DNA from: Octopus sinensis
Lineage: Eukaryota
Reading direction: 5' to 3'
DNA: 8,988 nucleotides
NCBI RefSeq assembly: GCF_006345805.1
Contig: NW_021828252.1
Location: forward strand, 1 to 8,988
Made by a program: the position numbers and the translations under genes. Positions 1-7,774 of the stretch are shown in pieces (the first letter of the stretch is position 1; each line of letters begins with the position of its first letter). The notes under the pieces were generated by a model, which worked only from the letters and a program-made list of their open reading frames with translations, was not told the origin of the DNA and did not search any database.

Positions 1-106
1 GGAGCCTCGTGGAGCTTTTAGGAGTTTTCGCTCATAAACACTCACAACGTCCGGTCTGGGAATCGAAACCGCGATCCTATGACCGCGAGTCCGCTGCCCT
101 AAACAC
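1..106 (-). mobile_element. tRNA-derived SINE, 5' part (family distinct from the SINEs at 2769-3194); runs off the left edge of the window
   Basis: The reverse complement reads GTGTTTAGGGCAGCGGACTCGCGGTCATAGGATCGCGGTTTCGATTCCCAGACCGG. This is a tRNA-like head with a degenerate A-box/D-arm region (91-106) and a B-box-like GGTTTCGATTCC (59-70). It has no acceptor stem, so it is not a tRNA gene. Confidence 0.7.
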
Positions 107-108
107 GC

Positions 109-503
109 AGCCTGTCATCACTTATGTCCGTGCCGTAAGGCTACACTTCCACACACGACAACTTAATTTAATTCGTCCTTAGTCGAAAGACACTTGTTGT
201 TAATATCCTGTTACTTGCATTTGTGTTTGTATACTATTTCTCCCGTTTTTTTTTCTGTCCTCGTTTTCGTATACATTCACTGTTTTCTTCTAAGAAATCT
301 AATGCTCTTAGCTTATTTTTTCCTTGGGGCTGGCTAGATTGGAGCAACGTCTAGTATAACCAGGCGAAATTGCAAAGATAATCTGGAACTCGATTGAGGA
401 AAGAAAACTCCGAATGACCCGTCCTGGTTTTCCATGTACCTTTTTGTATCATCTGTCTGAATGTTTTGCTGTCCCCTTTTTTGTTTTCCTTTTTATATAC
501 ATA
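109..503 (+). repeat. Partial-tandem repeat unit 1 (probable retroelement end, possibly Penelope-like)
   Basis: 109-500 aligns by eye with 1066-1446 (e.g. TTCGTCCTTAGTCGAAAGACAC at ~172 and ~1128; AGATTGGAGCAA; GAGGAAAGAAAACTCCGAATGACCCGTC). It ends in a short TA-rich run. The duplication is seen directly; class and strand are inferred. Confidence 0.8.
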
Positions 504-542
504 TGGCAGCGTACGTAGACTTTGGTCTCTTATATGTAAGTA

Positions 543-761
543 CTTAGTTTTTCCTTGGGGCTGGCCAGATTGGAGCAATCTTAAGAATAATCAGCCGAAA
601 TTGCTAGAATAATCTGGTGCTTGACTGAGGAAAGAAAACTTCGAATGACTCGTCCTTGTTTTCTTTGTATCGTCTGTCTGGATGTTTTGTTGTCCATTTT
701 TGTATCACCTAGCTATCCGGATGATTTGCGTTTTTGTCCCATTTTGTATTATATATATATA
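543..761 (+). repeat. Partial-tandem repeat unit 2 (shortest copy)
   Basis: CTTAGTTTTTCCTTGGGGCTGGCCAGATTGGAGCAATC...GACTGAGGAAAGAAAACTTCGAATGAC matches 312-490 and 1265-1440. It contains an imperfect internal duplication (GGATG(T/A)TTTG...GTCC(C)ATTTT(T)GTAT twice) and ends in (TA)n at 750-761. Confidence 0.8.
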
Positions 762-1440
762 AATTTTGTACGACTCTTATTTTTTCATTCTTTCTTTCTA
801 TCAGCCCATTCGCACTTACTTCGTTCTTTACATTCTTCTTTGTTTCGTTTCTCCTATCTCACATTTCCTGGCTTTCTCTACATTCTCCCCTTCTCTTTTC
901 TTTCACTTTACTCTGTCCCTTTTCTTTTTTCTCGTTCCTCCTTAATTTTTCTATCCCTCTGCTTCTACCTCTCTCCTCTCTTTCCACGTGACAGGTGTTC
1001 GGCCAAGCCTGACCTTTCTTTCTTGGTTCGACTACCATCCGTGCAACATCTATATTCCTCCCAATGCCTGCCATCTCTTATGTCCCTAGCATAAGGCTTC
1101 ACTTCAACACATGCCAGCTTAATTTCATTCGTCCTTAGTCGAAAGACACCTGTTGTTAATATCCTGTTATTTGCATTTGTATTTGTCTACCATTTCTAAT
1201 TTTTTTCCCGGCTTTGTTTTCGCATACATTCGCTGCTTTCTTCCAAGGAATCTAGTGCTCTTAGCTTAGTTTTTCATTGGGGCTTGCCAGATTGGAGCAA
1301 TCTCGAGTATAACCAGCCGAAATTGTAAAGATAATCTGGAACTCGACTGAGGAAAGAAAACTCCGAATGACCCGTCTTTGTATTTTCTTTCCATTTTTTG
1401 TATCGTCTGTCTGGATGTTTTGTTGTTCTCTTTTTTGTAT

Positions 1441-1445
<5 letters not shown>
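762..1445 (+). repeat. Partial-tandem repeat unit 3 (longest), including a pyrimidine-rich low-complexity tract at ~775-985
   Basis: 1066-1445 is homologous to unit 1 and 1265-1445 to unit 2, and the unit ends at (TA)18. Including 762-1065 in the same unit is an inference from continuity. Confidence 0.7.

Positions 1446-1481
<36 letters not shown>
1446..1481. repeat. (TA)18 microsatellite
   Basis: Uninterrupted TA dinucleotide run, 36 bp. Confidence 0.98.
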
Positions 1482-1484
<3 letters not shown>

Positions 1485-1745
1485 AGATAAATGGTACAAC
1501 AAGGTACCAATATTTACTGGAAAATAGCAATCGTAATAAATACGACGCTATTGTATAGCTTCACTGCGTATATACTAGCAAAGACGCGTGTGTGCAACAA
1601 GCATGAAAAAAAATTGTCTTACCTCTAGGAAGAACATCTGATAAATGGACAACCTAGAATCGGATAATGCAGGACCGGTTTCAGACTCTTCAAATACGTT
1701 TGACAACATAAATTTGATTAGTCTTCATCAGCTGCATTTACCTAG
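1482..1745 (-). mobile_element. Short non-coding hammerhead-bearing element (putative Penelope-like pLTR remnant or retrozyme-like element)
   Basis: Complex-sequence island bounded by microsatellites on both sides. It has the hammerhead at its 5' end, followed by ~185 nt and then (TA)n. Mobility is inferred; no second copy is present in the window. Confidence 0.5.
1666..1738 (-). ncRNA. Minimal type I hammerhead ribozyme motif
   Basis: Minus strand: AAUGCAG CUGAUGA AGACU-AA-UCAAAU-UU-AUGUU-GUCA-AACGU-AUUUGA-AG-AGUCU GAAA CCG GUC CUGCAUU. Helix I is AAUGCAG/CUGCAUU (7 bp), the cores are CUGAUGA (1731-1725) and GAAA (1682-1679), helix II is AGACU/AGUCU with further extension, helix III is the palindrome ACCGGU and the cleavage triplet is GUC. 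The predicted cut lies between 1673 and 1672. Activity is untested. Confidence 0.85.
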
Positions 1746-1855
1746 ATATACATATACACACACACACATATATATATGTATGTATGTATGTATATGCGAA
1801 CACATAGCCATATATTTATATATTTAGACATATACATACACATATACGTACATAT
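1746..1855. repeat. Compound TA/CA/TATG microsatellite
   Basis: Interspersed runs of ACAC, ATAT and GTAT. Confidence 0.9.
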
Positions 1856-2768
1856 GTGGTATCTGTCTGTTGACTTGTATACGTGCTCAACCACATGAAC
1901 CTCACTATATAAGTTTTCCAGAAGGCCAGCAACAGTTTCCTGGGATTGTTTTTATATATTACGTTTCTGTTTTGTTTTTTTTATATAACAAAATTGATTT
2001 GATAAAACAGACACAGCATGTCCCTTCTAGTTCGCTATGATGCATTCCGTACCACTTTGAGTATCATTCTAATACTATTTATTAAAATTTTATCTTACCT
2101 TACTCGTCTTGTTTTCTCGCAATATATTAAATTAGTTCAATTGAAAAACGTTTCAATTTGTTAAACTATTGATTAATTTTTACGTTCAATTTTATTACGA
2201 TAGGTTTTTGCGAATTCGAAATGGGAAGCTTTATGAATATTTACAAATATTCTCAGTCATTCGGTTTATAAAACTCACACCGTTCAAGTTCATAAAATGC
2301 TTTTCCTTATGCACTGCTAATTCATTTCGTGCAACCTATAAAGAATCCTGACACTGAATCTGGTTTTATCAATTGTTGGAAAACCAACTCACACTTTGGC
2401 GGTAATAAATTTTCATTTCCATATATTAGTATTTTTTACATGAAGTACGCAAGTTTAGAATATTTTGGATCTAGGAAAGGTGTACGTTTTGTGTCACAAT
2501 TCATCAAGATGTAAGCAGGTAACACATGACAGTAAATGAAAGGGAAGAATCGGCTTGAATGAAATAAGAATATGAAAATGTACAAGAGCATGGGAGAATA
2601 AACCTTTCATACAGACAAGTAATCCAAAGTGCTATACACCAAGACCCAAAGACGAGAATGAAAACAACAAGAGCTCTGTTATGTCTTCAGTGATGTTCCC
2701 AATTCAAGCAATGAACTTGGTCACGCATCACAAAAAAAGAAAAGAAAGAAGGAGAAAGTAAACAAAGT

Positions 2769-2965
2769 CTTTTCTACTCTAGGCACAAGGCCCGAAATTT
2801 TGGGGGAGGAGGCGGTCGATTAGATCGACCCCAGTACGCAATTGGTATTTAATTTATCGACCCTGAAAGGATGAAAGGCAAAGTCGACCTCGGTGGAATT
2901 TGAACTCAGAACTTGAAGACAGATGAAATACCGCTAAGCATTTCGCCCGGAGTGCTAACGTTTCT
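2769..2965 (-). mobile_element. tRNA-derived SINE (Octopus-type), missing the first ~13 nt of the head, tail type 1
   Basis: B-box GAGTTCAAATTCC (2907-2895); central domain GGTCGACTTTGCCTTTCATCCTTTCAGGGTCGATAAATTAAATACCAA; tail ...GGGCCTTGTGCCTAGAGTAGAAAAG. Nearly identical to 3031-3180 over head and core. Confidence 0.9.
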
Positions 2966-3194
2966 TATTTCTTTATTGTCCACAAGGGGCTAAACACAGA
3001 GAAGACAAACAAGGACAGACACAGGTATTAAGTCGATTACATCGACCCCAGTGCGTAACTGGTACTTAATTTATTGACCCCGAAAGGATGAAAGGCAAAT
3101 CGACCTCGGCGGAATTTGAACTGAGAACGTAACGGCAGACGAAATACCGCTAAGCATTTCGCCCGGCGTGCCAACGGTTCTGCCAGTTCGGCGA
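2961..3194 (-). mobile_element. tRNA-derived SINE (same head and core), near full length, tail type 2
   Basis: A-box-like TGGCAGAACCGTTGG (3185-3171) and B-box GTTCAAATTCC (3121-3111). Same central domain, different tail (...TTTAGCCCCTTGTGGACAATAAAGAAATAAGAAA). Confidence 0.9.
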
Positions 3195-4397
3195 CTTAGA
3201 CGAGTCATATATTAGAGAAAAAAAACTAGTTTATGTGGTATTTTGAACGGCTAGAATGATTTCCTTTTTAATCCTTTAACTGCATAATTAAATTTTATGG
3301 TTGTTCCCGTAACGATGTCACTTATTCATCGAAATATAGAATTGATAGTTTCTGCTTCTGCAATACTTTTACTGTTTCTCGTGTAATGGCAGTTTTCGTG
3401 ACCACAACTAAAAGCATTTGGTTCTTGTTCTGTAAGAATGATATTTGATGAAATATGAGAAAAAAGTTTTTAAACGCGAAAAACTGTGTTTAGCAAAGAG
3501 TGTTACGGGGGCTATCTCCACTTCTCGCAGCATAAGGAGAGCATTATTCATATATTTGTTTGAAAAGCTTTGCAGTAACACCGCTTTCTTCAGTTATCGA
3601 TAATACAAATCTGAGGGGATATATGCGCTTTCCGCGCTCATAGGGTCAAGTAATACTCCGCCGTCTTGAAAACGGGGTGGGGTTCAGGAGATAATAAAGT
3701 CTTATTTATACAAAAGGAGTAGGTAATAGTGATGGAACAAAACAAAAATTAAATAACCATTTCAACACCCAAAATAAAAAAATACTAATTCTATTAAATA
3801 TTTTTACAATATTCTTGAGAAAAATAGAAAACAGAATTGTTAGAGAAAAAACACATGTAACATACTTTATTCGCGTATGTCATTCAAACAGGATCTGTAT
3901 ATAAATAATTTATGTAACCATGGGTTAGCACAGGTCTTGCTTGAGTGTTGCATATTTCTACAACAAACCACAGCAAAATGGACGAAAAGAAAACAGCACG
4001 ATGTGAATTATCACAGGTTACATATTGACCACACTTTCAAACAAAATAACGAACACGGCCTCCAAGATGATACATCATGGATTACCAGGTAAATATATGT
4101 TTTAATGGAACTGTGTATCGTAGCACACAGATCACACGAAAGTGTCATAGATCTGACCGATAAATTATGATAAAAACCCACACAGCAATTAAAACAACAA
4201 AACAAACACGAATACATCATGTCTCGTAAACACATAAAAGAGCCGTATTTTATAGAATATCTTTATAGAATTAAATGATGACATTAAGTTCTGAAATCCC
4301 TAATCCTGAATAATGTATATTTCAATAATAGAATAAAATCCTTTTATTTATATTTTTTGCATACAGAATGGTGAAGGAAAGACATTGTGGAATATAC

Positions 4398-4399
<2 letters not shown>

Positions 4400-4474
<75 letters not shown>

Positions 4475-4685
4475 ATGTATATATATATGTATATATATAT
4501 ATATATATATGTGTGTGGTGTGTGTATGTGTGTGTGTGTATACATACACATACATACATGCATATATATATATACATATATACATATATATATCATGAAT
4601 ATACATGATATGCATATATTAGATATATATATATATATAATATATATATATATATATGTCTGTATGCCTAAGTGTGTGTGTGTGT
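4400..4685. repeat. Long compound (TA)n/(TG)n/(TACA)n microsatellite
   Basis: Seen directly; it explains the YI/IY-repeat ORFs at 4368-4770. Confidence 0.97.
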
Positions 4686-5049
4686 AGCGGAAGATCAGTA
4701 TAAAGCTACTGGAAGTTTTGCATATCTCAGCATCTACTCTTGATAAAATCTGAAATATGTAAACAAACACTCCGCATTGAAAATAATTTCAGGTATCGCC
4801 AAAATTCTATGTGTTTGTTTCTTTTTCTTTTTCACTGGATTAGTTTAAGTTTAAATCTTAATTTAATGCGCCTCATTTAGCTATTCTCATGTTTAAATGA
4901 TGGGTATATTTGATATTTGAAAGAATATCATTTATAGACATAACACTAATGTTACATTCTATGGTTTATAAATTATAAAACTTTTTACAGCCGTTATTGC
5001 ATTGATATTTCACTCTCTCTCTTCTCCATGCATGCATGTGTTTTTATGC

Positions 5050-5058
5050 ATATATATG

Positions 5059-5135
<77 letters not shown>

Positions 5136-5145
5136 TATGTATATA
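5050..5145. repeat. Interrupted (TA)n microsatellite
   Basis: TA run with occasional TG and TT interruptions. Confidence 0.97.
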
Positions 5146-5197
5146 GTGTTGCTTTTTATTAAATATGTATCAATCATGATCGTTAACAATTGTAGTC

Positions 5198-5292
5198 GTG
5201 GTCAATGAAATAAGTACCAGAGGAACACTGAAGGCCGATATAATTGATTATAGCCCACCCCAAAATCTCAAGCCTTTTGCCTAAAAGAGAAA
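5198..5292 (+). mobile_element. Old 5'-truncated SINE, 3' half (tail type 1)
   Basis: GGTCAATGAAATAAGTACCAG-AGGAACACTGAAGGCCGATATAATTGAT...CCCCAAAATCTCAAGCCTTTTGCCTAAAAGAGAAA aligns with the reverse complement of 2769-2862 with many substitutions. An (ATT)n tail follows. Confidence 0.7.
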
Positions 5293-5360
5293 TTAATTAT
5301 TATTATTATTGTTATTATCATTATCACTATCATTATTATTATCATTGTTATTATGATAAT
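5293..5360. repeat. Degenerate (ATT)/(ATC) trinucleotide repeat, probably the SINE tail
   Basis: ATTATTATT...ATCATTATC run immediately after the SINE fragment. Confidence 0.9.
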
Positions 5361-6045
5361 CAGTTGCTTATGTACGATGCTAGCGATATTTTCCTATTAT
5401 TCGTAAATGTCATGGATTTATGGCATAGACAAGCAGTTCTTTTTGAATTTGTTCTGAAAGTGAACTGCAGCAACTGAACGATTTAGTTATCTATCTAGAA
5501 AGGATTCAGAAGAATAAAGATGTCAGTTTTGCTTCTTTTGTATTTTGGGTCTTCACAATACGCACAAGCTTGCGATGCAGAATATTCAGCTAAGCAAACA
5601 GATACGAACGTAATGGCATGGACTTGAGTATACAGAGATAAACGAAATAGCAAAAATGTTTTACAGCAGAAAGAAACAAAAAGATGAAAACAAATGACAT
5701 CCCAACTGAGAACAACGTTAATATGAACTGCCCGATCGACATTTTTGTCAATACCAAATCTCAAATACACACTTGGCCAAACGAAAGTCATTCTGGACCT
5801 TTTTTTTGTTTTGCCTACAACGAAAGTAAACTTCTCACCTCGTTCTTTCTGCGACGTTACCTTTGCTATCATTAACAACTCCTCCACCTTCATTACACTT
5901 ACTACTTTCGCCATCATCATCGTCACACCTTTGCATCGACCCACCTCACGTAAACACTCAGTTCTAATGTACAACAAAATCCTAATGCTGTCATCTTTGC
6001 CGATGGCAATATCGATTTTATCACCTCCTCCGCAAGAAAGTAATA

Positions 6046-6047
<2 letters not shown>

Positions 6048-6080
<33 letters not shown>
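6048..6080. repeat. (TTA)11 microsatellite
   Basis: Pure 33-bp run; it creates the poly-L, poly-N and poly-I stretches in the overlapping ORFs. Confidence 0.97.
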
Positions 6081-6083
<3 letters not shown>

Positions 6084-6091
6084 CTGCGTTG

Positions 6092-6282
6092 AGGACAGCG
6101 AGGTGGCAGAATTGCTCCTGCATACGAAAACATTCTTAGCAGCTTTACATTCGACTTTACATTCCCACTTCACATTCCTCTGAGGTTGCCTTGCCTTTCC
6201 TCTTTTCGAGGGCATTGAAAGGAATACCAGTTAAACACCGGGCGATGAAATCAACATTCTGCCTCCCCTGGAATCTTTGTTG
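6092..6282 (+). mobile_element. Highly diverged near-full-length copy of the same SINE family
   Basis: Collinear blocks with the young copies: GCGAGGTGGCAGAAT (head), CTTAGCAGC, TTCACATTCC (decayed B-box), TGAGGTTGCCTTGCCTTT, AATACCAGTT, GGGCGATGAAATCAAC. Confidence 0.7.
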
Positions 6283-6425
6283 AGGCCGGTGAGAGGGCAA
6301 AACCATTAGCACGTCCGACAAAACAATTAGTGGGAATTTCCCCGATTTTACGTCCTGAGTTCACATCCCGCCAAGTTCGATCTGTACCCTTCTTCCTTTT
6401 GGGATCGGTAAAATAAATACAAATT
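6283..6425 (+). mobile_element. Second diverged SINE copy directly following the first, 3'-incomplete
   Basis: AGGCCGGTGAGAGGGCAAAACCATTAGCACGTCCG (head), TTTACGTCCTGAGTTCACATCCCGCC (B-box region), CCTTTTGGGATCGGTAAAATAAATAC (core). Confidence 0.75.
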
Positions 6426-7294
6426 GGGCATCATTATCGTGGGAATCTTTCTTCATTCAGTAGCGTTGTGCTATGAAATGGAAGAAACAGACAGTGGTAC
6501 ATCTTTAAAAAAAATTAGTTGTTAGCTGTAAAAATTTTATTCCCCGGCTAGAAATTCTGTAGAGTTAAGGAGAGAGGAAATTAAAATGTAAAAAAAAGGC
6601 ATAGGTCAACATAGAAAGAAAATGAATTTCTTAACATTACTAAAACATAAACAAATTGAATAGCAAAGAAATGCTTTTCTTACATTGACAACAAATGATA
6701 TGTTTTCGGAACAATCTCAAGATTTCTATTCGAAGAATTGAAAGATAAAATAAGAGCAACAAATAATTGAACAGCTCTAAAATGTTGTCAGAAAGACTAT
6801 TAGGAAGATAAACATTATTGTCTTGACACTGATTCCATCTGCTTTCCTTTAACTTTGGTGAAAGACATCTCTTCCAACAATAGGTTTTACCACTTGTTAA
6901 TTATATCATAATGGTACAATGATATATGCGGATTTGATGGGAAAGTAAATAAAATATTGAATCTGTCGTTGAAAAAAAGGTAACAAAACCTGAATAATGG
7001 TTTTAAAGATTTTTTTTTAAGCAGAAAATAGAATAAGTCGAACAAAGATAAGGAAGCCTTATTTCTTGTTAAAAATGTAAAATAAAAGACTTGAGAAAAA
7101 TTCGCCGATAAAATGGCGTCAAAAATATCGGAACACATTCTAAAATGACAGATGCCTCTTGTAGCATCAAACATCTTCCAAATAGACAAAACATAACAAA
7201 ATCTATGCTACAATGTGTTAACAAAGAGACAGTTTTGTTACATACTAAGTGACACGAATATAATAGGTGTATTCTCGCACAAAACCCACATCTT

Positions 7295-7308
7295 CACACA
7301 CATATATA

Positions 7309-7347
<39 letters not shown>

Positions 7348-7607
7348 GCATAATATTAGTATCTAGTAAAATGTACATATACATAAGCAAGTTTATTTGT
7401 ATACATGTATGTATATACATATATACATACACTAACACATGCACACAGACACATGCATACACATATGCACACCGACAATCAGTCGCATATATGTGTGCGT
7501 GTGTGTGTGTATGTATTTATATATGTGTGTGTTTTTGCGTGTGTGCGTGGTTGGATGTGTATGTGTCCGTGTGTCTGTGTCTATGTGTGAGTGTGCGCGT
7601 ATGTGCA
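7295..7607. repeat. Compound CA/TA/TG microsatellite and low-complexity tract
   Basis: (CA)n at ~7311-7336 and TG-rich degenerate repeats to ~7607; explains the HT/CV-rich ORFs at 7215-7801. Confidence 0.9.
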
Positions 7608-7731
7608 CGATCAAAAGGGTTCCAGAGAGAGAAAGGGGTTGTTGGGACTCAGCAAGATATATGAATAAAATCAACAAAATGACTACTGTGAACTTATCGA
7701 GGAGAGTGGAAGATCCACTGTTTCGGACAGA

Positions 7732-7774
7732 TATATATGTATATATATATATATATATTATATATATATATATA
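7732..7774. repeat. Interrupted (TA)n microsatellite
   Basis: Seen directly; it abuts the LINE fragment. Confidence 0.95.

Noticed and set aside
621-1094. 157-aa F/L/S-rich ORF that looks like a membrane protein
   Set aside because: It is the translation of a pyrimidine-rich tract inside a repeat, starts at TTG and has no recognisable domain.
859-1180. Minus-strand frame containing TDGS and SGLAEH, reminiscent of RNase H or GIY-YIG motifs
   Set aside because: Isolated short matches without the other required motifs; the frame is short and ends in low-complexity sequence.
394-1380. Hammerhead-like (C/T)TGAGGA-AAGAAAACT(C/T)C-GAAT-GAC(C/T)CGTC in all three repeat units (394, 625, 1347)
   Set aside because: GAAT replaces GAAA, helix II does not close properly, there is no U-H triplet in register and no helix I pairing, and copy 1 lacks C3. 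At most a decayed or variant motif; not called.
312-1445. Repeated blocks as a CRISPR array or other prokaryotic system
   Set aside because: The units are long, diverged and irregularly spaced, with no repeat-spacer structure, cas genes or operons; the window is eukaryotic repeat DNA.
2139-2158. AATTGAAA-AACG-TTTCAATT inverted repeat
   Set aside because: An 8-bp, almost all-AT stem is expected by chance in this composition.
2600-2696. Minus-strand CUGAAGA (2690-2684) with a possible long-range helix CAU-A-ACAGA/UCUGUAUG followed by AAAG
   Set aside because: G12 would be used up in helix II, and there is no helix III or helix I; consistent with chance.
1-3194. tRNA-like A/B boxes as possible tRNA genes
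   Set aside because: No acceptor stems or complete cloverleafs; they continue into SINE bodies.
3560-3600. Minus-strand CUGAAGA followed by an AAGC/GCUU stem
   Set aside because: Followed by UUCAAAC rather than GAAA; no hammerhead core.
3877-4094. 71-aa ORF ending at a good donor-like site CAG/GTAAAT (4088/4089)
   Set aside because: No convincing upstream acceptor and no recognisable protein in any frame.
4368-5208. Several overlapping ORFs of 68-123 aa
   Set aside because: They are translations of TA/TG microsatellites (YI, CV and HT repeats).
5520-5627. 35-aa ORF MSVLLLLYFGSSQYAQACDAEY... with a signal-peptide-like start
   Set aside because: The hydrophobic run comes from a T-rich tract, the ORF is very short and there is no promoter or splice support.
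5495-6133. 212-aa minus-strand ORF and the overlapping 115-aa plus-strand ORF
   Set aside because: Both cross the (TTA)11 repeat, the minus ORF begins inside a decayed SINE, both strands are open and no domain is recognisable.
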